DNA of 64,000 nucleotides from Massalongia carnosa (Eukaryota): NCBI GenBank assembly GCA_965645245.1, contig OZ287071.1, positions 1,612,001 to 1,676,000 of the forward strand, read 5' to 3'. Shown piece by piece: positions 39,814 to 52,079 of this stretch (position 1 is its first letter; each line of letters starts with the position of its first letter). The notes under the pieces were generated by a model. It saw only the letters and a program-made list of their open reading frames with translations, ran no database searches and was not told where the DNA came from. The position numbers and the translations under genes were made by a program.

Positions 39814-40290
39814 TCAACTTGGAGCTTGCGGTGAAATGAGCACCACAGAATCCCCTTTTTCGCATTAGAAAGAGCGAATAGCTTTGACAGAACCGAGAGT
39901 AGCATGACTCACCTCTCACGAATAACATCTCTGACTGCCTTTTGATTGTCTGTGAATTCAAGTTATCCCTGAGTCATTAATATGTATAGGCGATCCTTAC
40001 TTTAACAATCTCTTCCTCATCATCGTCCTCCTCAACAATATAGATTGTCTCCTCCACATCACCAATTACAAGATTGCAATGGCTGTCATATGCCTAAGAT
40101 GGGTGAGCATGAATGGGGCGATTCAGAGAATATGATAGTATATAAGATATAAGTTTTGACTTACGTGCAAACGCCCCTTAAGTTCTCGGTCTCCCCTCAA
40201 CTTCACAAAAACAATTTCATCCAACGATAGGCGCACCAAATCCAGTGGCTCCGAGACTGGTACTGCGTCTCCATCACCGACGTCCGTCAT
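39814..40290 (-). CDS. LSM3: U6 snRNA-associated Sm-like protein Lsm3
   Basis: Four short exons, absent from the ORF track: [60 protein letters not shown]..|[25 protein letters not shown]. Confidence 0.95.
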
Positions 40291-40654
40291 GTTGACCTTG
40301 CTTGCTCGAGATCTAGTTTTGGAAGCAGAGGCTTTAGGAGATTATCAAAGCTGGTATTGTTCTGGCTGTACTTATATCCTCCTTGATACTTCGAGTTAGC
40401 ATGTTTTTTGTAAATTCCATGACCTGGTTAGATATTTCGTAAATCGTTACGCTATTTGCCGTGGCATCAAGTATTACCACTGATTACATAATCCACCAAC
40501 TATGCCGATGCTGAGGTTGAAATACCAAAGCCTTCACACATCCACAAATATTGACTGACTCATTCTTAATTGCTTCACAACTCACGCCCCGCTGTCTTTA
40601 ACGTATACACTCTTTTGCGGCATTGAAAGCTCTCGGCAAATTTTCGACCTAATT

Positions 40655-42204
40655 ATGGATGGTGGTAACTCTACAATACGGCCTAATTTTATGCTAGATT
40701 CGCAGACGAAGGCTTCTAGGCCAAATGAACCTACTCAAACTCTAAAGCCTGATAATGCACTTACGACCGACTTCAGCGACAAGAAGAACATTAACTCGAA
40801 AGAACTATTGAAGGAAGGCAAGGTCTCAGGCGCAGAGATGAAGAAAAGAGCCAAGGAGGAGAAAGCCGCCAAAAGGGCCCGGGAAAAGCTGATTCAGCAG
40901 CAACAGTCTCCTAAAGAATTTTCGGGAGGAGGCAAAAAAGATGCAGCAAGTGAATCATCGAAGAAGGGTAATGCAGCATCTGTACCAGAAACTTCAGTGG
41001 GGCCGAAGCATCAGCATAAGCGTGCTGGTTCGACAAGTACTACTTCCCAGAGGCCCCTGGCAATACGTCCGGCAGAACCACAACCTGTACCAATTACGCC
41101 AGAGCTGAAGAGAGAGAACAAGAAAGTTGCCCTGTTTGGGCATCTTTATGGACATCCTAGGAGGACCACAATTGCTGGGGCAGGCAAAGATGTACATCCC
41201 GCAACTCTCGCCTTGGGCCTGCAGATGAGCAATTATGTTATTTGTGGAAGCAACGCTCGTTGTATTGCCACGTTGCTAGTGTTCAAGCGGGTAAGCCCGT
41301 ATGATTTAGAGCCTAGCAAGGCAGAACTAATTAATTACAGGTCATCGAATCATATATAACTCCCCCACAAAACTCCCTCCCCCGTCACCTATCTGTCCAC
41401 CTCTCCAACCAAATAGATTATCTCGTTTCATGTCGGCCTCTGTCAGTATCCATGGGTAATGCTATTCGATGGCTCAAAGTTGAGATCTCTGAGGTCGACC
41501 CCGGTACTCCTGAGCCAAAAGCCAAAGCCGATCTTTGCGACGCCATTGACAATTTCATCCGAGAAAGAATCACAGTTGCAGATCAGGTGATCGCTACTAG
41601 CGCTACCGAAAAGATCTGTGATGGGGATACGATACTTACGTATGCTAAAAGTAGCATTGTGCAACAAATTCTTGTCGAGGCTTTCCGCCAAGGCAAGAGA
41701 TTCAAAGTTGTAGTCGTCGACTCGCGGCCCCTTTTCGAAGGCAAAAATCTAGCTCGAGCATTGGCGAAACTTGGGCTCGCGGTTCAGTACTCGCTAACCC
41801 AATCTATCAATCACTCGATCAAGGACGTCACAAAGGTGTTTCTGGGCGCTCACGCGATGATGAGCAACGGACGGCTTTATTCTCGTGTCGGTACCGCTAT
41901 CGTTGCAATGACGGCCAAGGATGCCGATATCCCCGTCATCGTTTGCTGTGAGAGCGTCAAGTTTACTGACCGTGTGGCCCTCGATAGTATCGTCATGAAC
42001 GAAGTCGCTCCGCCGGACGAATTGCTACTCCAGGGCAATCAGTCCACGCCGCTGGCGAAGTGGCGCGAGACGCCAAACCTGCAGCTGTTAAATCTCATGT
42101 ACGATCTTACACCCGCGGAATATATTACCATGGTTATCACGGAATACGGATCTTTGCCCCCGAGTTCTGTCCCAGTCGTGCATCGGCTGAGCACTAATAC
42201 ATGA
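40655..42204 (+). CDS. GCD2: Translation initiation factor eIF2B delta subunit
   Basis: VHPATLALGLQM..ICGSNARC, intron 41291-41340, CRPLSVSMGNAIRWLK, VVVVDSRPLFEG, MMSNGRLYSRVGTA, YDLTP..ITEYGSLPPSSVP. Confidence 0.95.
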
Positions 42205-42908
42205 GCGTTGCATGTAGCAAGGATGTAGAACCTTGCTCTTTGTCCATGTTCAGCACGTACAAGCCAGGCGCCAAATGATTGGAGTGCGCCATTTCAATGC
42301 TAATAGCACGTTCGCTCCTCACTTTCTACAGCAATTTCTAAAGCGTAATCTTTTCGCTTCCATGCCATATAGCGACCTGCGTATATGCACTTAGAGCGTC
42401 TATGTTTGCTGTAAGCCAACTCCGTCCCATACTGTAATCGCGAGTTCGAAGCTGAGTTTCCAATGCCATAGCTGATGCTAAAGAGAGGGAAAAATGTTAC
42501 AATGCTGTTTGAAATTGGTAATGTTTACTTCAATGGTAATGATTACTTCGCGGAGCAAAGGCTACACCTTACCTTCTCGATGAGATTTACGCTATGTAAA
42601 TTTCGTTCTGTTGGCTCAAAAGTTCCGTGATGGAAGTAGAGTAGTAGACTACGCTATGTGATCATTATGATTGATAAGTATATCACGGTATATTATTTTA
42701 ATATGAAAAGGAATTCCATCCATGGTTTCTTCGCTTTTGGTGACATGTTCCAAGCAGAGAGAAAAGGGGGTTAGGGGGTGTTCCTTCCTTTGCGGCGTGT
42801 ACGCATATTTGTTTAGTGCTGAAAAAGTCTAGCCTTTTCTTAAAGGATTGAAACTCCAGTTTACTGCTGAAAAAACTTCTATATTGCTAAGTAACAACGT
42901 CCGCCGAC

Positions 42909-44096
42909 ATGATAGCGGCAGTTTCCTCAAAGCAAATCCAATTGCCGGGCGAAACCCCAGCAAATTCTGAGAATAAGATCACAACCCCTCAATCATCCCC
43001 TTCCTATACATCTCTAAAGGATGGCGGTACGCCAGCTTCCTCAATCACCACTCCCTTCCTCCATCCCTCCAGCTCCTCCATTCCCCCAACCGCAACCCTC
43101 CTAACCCCCGTCCAATCCGCCAAATACAACTCCCTACTCTCAACCGTCACATCCTGGACATCGCTTCCCAAACCCTCGTCGCCAGGCACCCACGCTCCCA
43201 CCGACCCCCTCACCGACTCCGACCGCATCTTCCTCACACGCGAATGCCTTCTCCGCTACCTGCGCGCGACAAAATGGTCCGTCGATACAGCTACCACCCG
43301 GCTTCTCGCCACCCTTGCCTGGCGTCGCGTCTACCTCCTCCCCGAGCACGATGCCGCCTACTTCTCCCCCGAAAACGCCACGGGCAAGCAGGTGATTTTC
43401 GGCTGGGATGTGGTCGCACGGCCGTGTCTGTACCTCAACCCAGCGCAGCAGAACACCCCTAAGAGCGACAAGCAGATCCAGCATCTGGTCTTCATGCTCG
43501 AGCGCACGATTGAGATGATGGGGCCGGGGCAGGAGACGCTGAGCCTGCTGATCAACTTCAAGGAGGCGATGGGGGCCCCCAAGACGGGGCAGGGGAGGCA
43601 GGTGCTGAACATTCTGCAGTCGCATTATCCCGAGCGCTTAGGCAGGGCGTTGGTTATCAATGGTTTATCTCTCTCTCTTTCTCCAACTTTTTCTTTCCCC
43701 CCTCCACTACCGTATTTCTACACATGACTAATCAATCAAAAACCCCCAACAGTCCCCTGGCTCTTCTGGACCTTCTTCAAGCTCATCACACCCTTCATCG
43801 ACCCCCTCACGCGCGAAAAACTCAAGTTTGACCAGGACGTTCGTACCTTCGTCCCGCCCGAGCAGCTTCTGGCCTCGTATGGCGGCGACGTCAATTTCCT
43901 TTACGACCACAAGGTGTATTGGCCCGCGATGCTAGCGCTTGCGGGCGCGAGGCGCGAGGCGTATTGGGCACAGTGGGTGAGGGGCGGGAAGCGCGTGGGG
44001 GAGCACGAGGGGTTTTTGAAGGGGGCGGAGGAGGTGGGTGTGGGTGGTAGTGGCGGGGAGAAGGAGAGCGTGGGTGGGCAAGCTGTAGATGGGTAA
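42909..44096 (+). CDS. PDR16: CRAL-TRIO phosphatidylinositol transfer protein (Pdr16/Sfh3-like)
   Basis: LTRECLLRYLRATKW, ENATGKQ, RPCLYLNP..QNT, HLVFMLER, LQSHYPERLGRALVIN|VPW..FFKLITPFIDPLTREKLKF. Confidence 0.9.
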
Positions 44097-45019
44097 GCGG
44101 GGAGAGGGGAAAAGGAGGGAGAAATGGAAGCAAAGATATGAGAGCATGGGAGGTACCGGGAAGAAAACGCCAGAAGGAAGTCATGGCGTAAAACTTGGGA
44201 CGCTCGATCGACTCGAGGACGCTAGGATAGTTAGAAGCCGCACTGGATAGATTAGACAGGTTAGAAGCAGCAGCATCTCGGTCCTCTGGGATATCTTCAA
44301 CGGCCGCTTGTTTTTGTATCCATCCTATCCATCCATCCATTCATTCATACATATACTGTACACATGTACTCGGTACATACAGTATATACATATCTACAAA
44401 GTCTCCAACCTATAAAGTCTAGATCTACAGTATCGATATCTATCTGAAAAACCATGGCCCCCCTCCCCTCTCTATTCCTAGAGAGAGAAAATACCGTACC
44501 GTAAGTATTGTACGTATCTAGTATCCCCCATCCATCTATTCATTGATCCATGAGGGATTTTACTATCCGAAGATTGAGGAAGGCATTCTTGGCTCGAGAA
44601 GGGGGTTGGATGGGACGAGGTGGCGGCCTGAGCAATAGGAGTTGTTTTGTAAGGGCAGAGCTGGTTTGGTTTGGGGAGAGAGAGGGATGAGGAGGTGGGT
44701 AATGGGATATGAGGGGTTTTTGTTTCGCGGCTTTTCTTTGTGGGAGGGGGGAAGAAAAAGTCAGAGCCGAATAGGTAGAAGAAAGGAAGAATAGAGAGAA
44801 TCCAAATTGAAAAGTTTAAAGAAGGCGGGAAAATTACGATTCTATCAACAACGGTCGATACCAAGCCGGCTTGTAGAGCAAATAGCTACCTATGCTACAC
44901 ATCTGTAAAGTAGGCAAGGAGATACACAACTAGCCGACGTAGTTGAGCCGAAACCACGTATATCTTACAATTTAGAAGAGAAACAAACGGTGCAGCCAAC
45001 TCTCACGGAAACGTATCCC

Positions 45020-45704
45020 CTAAGAGCAATCCTGAGGGCAAACGATAGACGGCGCCCCGTTATCGGCCCAATGCTTGTAGTTCTTGCACGCGCACACATC
45101 GTGCTCCGCGCCGGCGATTTAATTGTTCGATTTCTTGGGGAACTGCACCATGTACGGCTGCGACGTGTCGTAATCGCACGTCTGCGTGTAGCCAATCTTC
45201 TTGCCTGACACAGTCACCACGGCGGGGGTGATGATGAGCGCGCATTTCCAGGGGCCATCAGGACACGGGATCTGGGCGCCTTCGGCGTTGCCAGTTTCCG
45301 TCGTGGTGGCAACGGAGGCGCTGACACCGGCGCTGACTATGTCACCAAAGCTGAGGCCAAGGTCTACGCCTACCTCGATGGCGACGCCGACGGTGTAGCT
45401 CGTTTCGCTCGTCATAATATAGTCTGCGTCATTAGGAGCTTAGTCATTTCACCTAAGGAGAAGGTATTTAGGTATACGCGAGAATGGGTAGGAGGGGTTA
45501 CTAGAGTAGGTACTTACTGCCCCCAGTTCCTGTGCAGGTCATGCTACTGGTTATTTGCGCTTCGTGCTCGTTGATTTGCGATTCGACTGTGTATATTGAT
45601 TGATGCCCTCCGCCATAGATCGTCAAGCTGAGCAGCGGGAGCGGCGCTCGACAAGGGAACATATAGGTCAACGCGAGACAGAGAGCGGATAGAGTAGAAT
45701 ACAT
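45020..45704 (-). pseudogene. Small secreted Cys-rich protein gene with a premature stop (aerolysin/ETX-MTX2-like hairpin)
   Basis: Hydrophobic N-terminus, one intron (GTAAGT..CCTAAT..CAG), in-frame TAA at 45119-45121, then the frame continues IAGAEHDVCACKNYKHWADNGAPSIVCPQDCS*. Confidence 0.7.
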
Positions 45705-46402
45705 GGCAATGATGGCAACGGAAATATAAACCCCGTAGAATGAAGTCGAGGAATTCGAGAGAGGAACTAGAACGGGAGAGCTAGAAAAAGGAGAAAATAT
45801 ATTCCTGATTAGGCTGAGAGAAGAGACAGGAAGAGATTTGGTGCTGTATGGGAGAAACAAGGGAGGAGGCTGAGATTCAAGATTATATATTTTCTTGTAA
45901 AACTTAAGAGCTTGAAATTTCAAAGCTACTACACGATCATTGAAAAAGGGGATGATGCGTAAAATTGGCGGAAGGCTGATCACGACAGACGGTTGTTCAG
46001 CCTCATTGGAGAGGCGAAGCCAGGCTTGGTGGTTGAGCGTAAGGGAATTGGCAGCGCCAAGGGGAAAGACTCAAGGTTTGTTCCCTATTCTGATGAAAGT
46101 TGTGAGATTGTTCAATTCCAACACATGTCCCGCCTTATAATGACAGTCTCGAATGCGATGCACGACTATCCAAATAGAACATTCCTTTCTGATGCTGACA
46201 ACTATGAAGCAATGCCAAGCAGGTTCGAAGCACTGGCCCTCATGTTTTTGTAGCCGCATCGAAAGCGAGATGTCTCATCCAGGTCCTGACTGTTGATGTT
46301 GATGCAACAATGAAAGTTGGCGTTATTGCAACTTTTTCAGTCGTTTCCTGAAATAGGTAGAGCGATAGTTATGTCCGAAGTAACTCCGGCCAGTCTTGGC
46401 AA

Positions 46403-46440
46403 AGAGCGCGTAAATTACAAACGCGACATTAGTCGCGTCT
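46403..46440. promoter_or_regulatory. Three CGCG (MCB-like) sites upstream of POL12
   Basis: GAGCGCGTAAA, AAACGCGAC and GTCGCGTCT clustered about 120-155 bp before the ATG. Confidence 0.55.
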
Positions 46441-46557
46441 GCTTTTGTGAGAGACATCCAGACTACAGAGTACAGACAGGCAGAATTGAATACTGATCTT
46501 ACCCAGAAACAAACCAAGTTCCCAAGCAATCAGAAACACCTTTTAGCAGTATACACG

Positions 46558-48682
46558 ATGGCGAGTATCAAAAGCGAATTAAATGACCTGTTTGCTATTC
46601 CACCCATTACAGAATTACCCCTCGACATTCTCGGCGAACTACAATCCATCCTTCGATTGCACTCAGTTTCCCCGCAGGAGCTTTCGTACAAATGGGAGTC
46701 TTACACCCTCAAGATGGGTTCAGACCAGACGAAGCTAGATCTAACCACTGTAAGGGCATTCAAAGTGGACATACAGGAACTCTTGGAACGAGAAGCAAGA
46801 GGGAAGGCACACGTTCGAAGCGTCGATAAGCGGGCAGCGTTTGTTACACCTCGAAATGCCGGGAAGGGGGGGGATGTCTTTGGCATGTAAGTAAGCTGGA
46901 GGCCTGGCACGAGCAATGCTTACGCATTCACAGGATCGATGGTGTTGTACCAAGTACACCTCAACCGCGCTCCAACAATGGCACATCGAAGAGGAAGTTA
47001 GCGTTTGAAACGCCATCTACTTCGAAGGTTAACAAGTCTAATACCATGAGCTCTCCAAGTGATACTAGGATAGATTCTAACGGTATTTCGTAGGTTTGCC
47101 AGCACCAATAATGAACACCATCGCTAATTCTTCTATAGCGACATCAAGTTTGCAAACCGCCAAAACGCCGGTGAGATTGTTCACACCCTGAATGGCCACC
47201 TGAGCGAGTTTGAGCCTCCGATCGCGCCGTCAGCAGAGTCTCGGGTGAGATTGACAGTAAATTCCGACCTCAAGAGATTCTTTTATAAGCCAATGGCAAT
47301 GCATCTTTCAGAAGCCTCAGGGATACTGGACGATCGAATAGAAGAGTTTCAGGTGCTAGTGCAGTCGCATCATCAGCTTGATGATGCGGCTTTCGGTAAC
47401 GCTGCAAGCCAAAGCACAGATGAGATTGTTGCCGTAGGGAGGATAGTCTCCGACTCCCTCGAGGGGAAGATCAATGCGGCGTCCCTGATGCTAGAAACTT
47501 CGCGGCGGACAGGGGCTGGACTCCGTGTGCCACTGAAGGTTGAGTCTGTGTCATATGAGTTTTTTCCAGGCCAGATAGTCGCCGTGCGTGGAGTCAATGC
47601 GTCTGGACAGTACTTTTCAGTGAACGAGGTTCTGGAATTCCCACTCTTGCCAGCTTCTGCCTCATTGCCTTCCGCATTGGATTCTTGGAATGAGCGGCTA
47701 GGCGTAGAAGAAGGTCGGAATACGGACTCTCCTTCGATTGCCCTAAACGTATTAGTTGCTTCCGGTCCTTATACTGCAGATGACAACCTTGGCTTTGAGC
47801 CACTACATGCACTTTGCGAGAAAGCTGAGGCAACCTGTGCCGATGTGCTGTTGCTGATAGGACCGATCTTAGACCTCGAGCATCCCCTGATCGCTTCTGG
47901 TGATTTCGACCTTCCGGACGATCCCAGTATCGAGCCAGATAAGGCTACTTTGGCCGACGCGTTCAGAATTCTAGTAGGAGCCCCTCTACGTCGGCTGGCT
48001 GAGGCAATTCCAAGCATCACAATTATCCTTGTGCCTTCAGCTCGTGACGCAGTCAACAAGCATGTTGCATGGCCACAGGAACCGTTCACAAGACGAGAGC
48101 TTGGCCTGCCGAAGCAAGCAAAATTTGTTTCGAATCCGATAGCGTTGTGTTTGAACGAGGTTACCTTTGGCATAACAGCCCAAGATGTACTGTACGACCT
48201 CCGACGGGAAGAAGTAGTGGTTGGGAAACCGACCGAAAGCGATGTCCTTGCACGCTTGCCCTTTCATCTAATCCAACAGCGGCATTTCTACCCCATATTC
48301 CCACCAGTTGATCGCGCTACTCTCCCAAAAAGTGGGACGCAGGAGGGGATTGCGACCGGGCTGCCCATTGATGTGAGCTACCTCCAATTAGGAGAGCTGG
48401 ATGTACGACGTGATGTCTTAATCACCCCGAGCACTTTGCCGCCTTTCGCCAAGGTAATCGCTTCTCTCCGTGTTATGCCAGATATGCTAAGTGTGCATCA
48501 ATCAGGTTATCAAGGGTGTGTTGGCGGTAAATCCAGGGTCATTGTCGAAACGCAAGGGACCAGGCACGTACATTCAGATGACGATATATCCAAGAAAAGT
48601 GACGGACGATGAGCGTGAGCGAGGCACGGCTGTTGGGCACAATCTCTTCGACAGGGCTCGAGTAGACATTGTACGGATATAA
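46558..48682 (+). CDS. POL12: DNA polymerase alpha/primase B subunit
   Basis: ELSYKWESY, YKPMAMHLSEAS..LDDRIEEF, IVAVGRI, FFPGQIVAVRG.NASG, ASGPYT.DDNL, LIGPILD, NPG.LSK; three introns. Confidence 0.95.
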
Positions 48683-48873
48683 TATACGAACCGCCGTTGT
48701 TCATTTAGCTTTGCAGCGCTCATGGACATCGCCAGCGCACGTTCCTAATGTCTATTAGCCACTTGTCCACTACATTAGTAAATCATTAACCAACACGCCT
48801 ATCCATCATCCACTCTCCAAACGCATTTCCCCGCTCCCAACAGCACATCAATCCCCCCTTCTATTCATGTCAT

Positions 48874-49413
48874 TTACCTCGGCAACCCTCCCCCCAACCC
48901 CTCTCGCTTCCTCACCGCCAGCCCCACTCCTGTTCCGTTCCCATTCGCACTCCCCTCTCCCGCATCCAACCCCCCAGGCCCCCTCCTCACCAGCTCCTCC
49001 AGCCCCAGATCCTTCCACGCGCTCTCCCGCAGCGCCTGCGTCGCCCGCGTGATGCCGAACGCGGCGTGCTGGTCTGGCACCACATCGTCCTCGTCTTCGG
49101 GGTTGATGGGTTGGTGGTGCGCCGGCACGAGGATTAGTTCGTGTGGGAGGTGCGGGGGGGTGGTGAACTCCTAGGAGAGGGGAGGTTAGGTTGGATTGGA
49201 GAATTGGTTTGTTTGCCGGGGGAGGGGGGGGGGAGGCCGAAGGAGGGGATGAAGTGCAAGGGAATGAATAGGATAGTGAGGGAGGGCACACTTCAAACAG
49301 GTCGGCGATGCGGGGTTGGTTTAGGTGGATGTAGGTGTGTGAGGAGTCTTTGGACTGTTTTGTAGGAGGATGGGTTAGAGAATTCCTGATTAGGAGAGGG
49401 AAGGATGTACCAT
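48874..49413 (-). CDS. APC13: Anaphase-promoting complex subunit Apc13/Swm1
   Basis: ATG-only exon 1, then SKDSSHTYIHLNQPRIADLFE|EF..HQPINPEDEDDVVPDQHAAFGITRATQ..AWKDLGL. Confidence 0.85.
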
Positions 49414-49833
49414 GTTCGGTTTTTGTTTTGAAGGTTGAGTTTTCGGGATACTTAGTTATGGTTGATGTTGTGAGTGAGTTAGTCACGTCAGTGATGAAAG
49501 TGGGATGTTGGATGTTTCGATAAGTACTTTACATCTTCACAAGGCTGAAGTGCCAAGAAAGTCGACAAAAACCAAATTCTCGATATAGGGGAAGGGTGGA
49601 GTGAAAAGGACATTTAGTTACATCCCACATTTAGGAATCTGACCGATTTGTTTTTCCTCATACTCCTCACCGTACCTACATTTCGCATCGAGGTCTAGAT
49701 TCTTGCATTTCCTTCTCGCAAACTCATCCTCATTGCCCAATCCTTTTCCGACTTTCTCGACAGGAGCGGTTGGTCCGTGCCTCGCCGCGTCCCTTGCCCC
49801 TGAGCACCAGCATTCCACCAATTTTCTTTTCTT

Positions 49834-51704
49834 ATGTCAACGTCCGTGGATGCTCGTCGACGCCCTAGCTTGTGGTCCTACATTAGCTTTAGCCCCTCTC
49901 CACGGCGAAGATCCGTCTCGCTTCCGACGCGCAACAATCACGACCCATACGAGAAGGAAGACCGCCATCGGAGCAACGGGTGGGCCAAGGCTCCCGTAGG
50001 CACCCTGGAGAGCATCAGGGAAGCGTGGATGACGCAAAGTCAGCGGTCGAGGTATTTGAAGGCCGGGGGGTTGCTAGGGTTTCTTTTCTTGCTACTGTTG
50101 CTGTTTTCTTCGCGCGATGGCGTGGCCGTGAGGGATATGGTGAAAGGTATGAGGGCTTCCCTTTGCTGGCAGGTGGCTTGCATCGCTGACTGTATAATTA
50201 CAGGGCAAATGCCAACGGGAAAGAGCGCAGATCCGTCGAAAGGCGCCACCAAATGCTCGAAATCCAGCTCGCCGGATAAACCACTGATACAATATGCGTT
50301 AATGATCGATGCGGGGAGCACCGGCTCCCGCATCCACGTGTACCGGTTCAACAACTGCGGCCCTACACCCGAGCTGGAGGATGAAGCGTTCAAAATGACG
50401 GAGCCAAAGGAAGGGGGTTCGGGATTGAGCTCGTTCAAGACCGACGCCGAGGGTGCTGCCAAGAGTTTGGATGTGTTAATGGATGTAGCCATGTCGACGG
50501 TACCGGACAACCTCAAATCATGCTCTCCAGTCGCCGTCAAGGCTACTGCTGGGCTTCGAAAGTTAGGCGTGGAAATGAGCGATAACATACTCAAGGCCGT
50601 CCGGAAACGGTTGGAAACTCAGTATCCATTCCCCGTCGTCTCGGAAGAAAACGGCGGCGTGCAAGTGATGGAAGGCAAAGATGAAGGCGTCTACGCCTGG
50701 ATCACGGTAAACTACCTCCTCGGCAAGATCGGCGGCCCCGATAAATCGCCCACCGCCGCAATCCTCGACCTCGGCGGCGGCTCTACCCAAATCGTGTTCG
50801 AACCAACCTTCAAAAGTGCGTCCAAGGGCATGCCCGAAACGCTTGCCGAAGGTGACCACAAGTACAGCCTCAGCTTCGGTGGCCGCGATTTCCAACTGTA
50901 CCAGCACTCTCACCTCGACTACGGCCTTATGTCCGCTCGGAAAACCATTCACCAGGCCGTCGCGCAAGCCAAGCACGACGCCGCCGCCTCGACGGATCCC
51001 ACCTGGTTCACAAAACCTATTCCAAACCCCTGCATCGCTCCTGGAATGAGCCGCGAGGTCAACGTGACGCTGGCCTCGGGTACGGATCTTACCACCACCA
51101 TGGTTGGCCCCGCAGATGGCAGCGCCGCGCAATGTCGCGGCTTGGCCGAAAAGATTTTACACAAAGAGGCCGATTGTGCGCTCGCGCCCTGCTCCTTTAA
51201 AGGCGTGCATCAGCCGTCGCTGGAAAAGACGTTCGCACGTGAGGACGTCTACATTTTCAGCTACTTCTACGATCGAACGCGACCCTTGGGCATGCCAGAC
51301 AGCTTCACCATCCGCGAGCTGTGGGACACGGCTGCGACGGTGTGCGCCGGCTCCAAGGCGTGGGGGGTGTTCGACGGGATCACGGGCGCGCGCGACGAAC
51401 TGGCCGGCCGGCCGGAGTATTGCCTGGACTTGAGCTTCATGCTTGCCCTGCTGCATACGGGCTACGAAATGCCGGCGGGGAGGGAAGTGCGGATCGCGAA
51501 GAAGATCGAGGGAAAGGAGTTGGGGTGGTGTTTGGGCGCTAGGTGGGTTTTTTCCTCCTGCTTCTTCACTTTTCCTTTATGCTTTTTCCGGCTAGGCAGG
51601 AGAGACGGAACGGGATTTTTGCTAACGATATGTGGCGACGGTGCAGTTTGCCGCTTCTCAGCCAGGGTTCGGGATGGAAATGCCGCGTCAAGGAGATTTC
51701 GTAG
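49834..51704 (+). CDS. GDA1: Golgi guanosine diphosphatase (GDA1/CD39 NTPDase)
   Basis: N-terminal TM segment; apyrase motifs MIDAGSTGSRIHVY, KATAGLR, GKDEGVYAW, DLGGGSTQ, ELGWCLGA; introns 50147-50203 and 51543-51646. Confidence 0.95.
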
Positions 51705-52079
51705 ATTGGATCTGGATGGGAAGGTGGCGGCGGCATATGGATGTTTTGTTTTTGTTTTTGGTTCTTTTTCGCATTTTTGTCATTAGAGGGGTGGGGGGGG
51801 GATAGTAATGGGGCGGAGGGACGGAGGGAGGGTAGGAGGGGGACGGAGTAGGCAGGAAGAAGGAAGTGAATGAATGGGGCGAGGGGTAAGTTCTCTGACT
51901 GTCTAGCTTTGCTGGCTGGCTGGCTGGCTGGCTGTTCTCTTTATACTCTATATCCAAACACCTAACCAATCATTCCTCCCTCCTCCTTGTCTCTACCCTT
52001 GTCTTTCTTTCCTTCCTTTCTTCCCTTTCTTCTCCCCCCCCCCTTCACGTGAGGGGTAGACGGGGGAGAACAGCAGACT

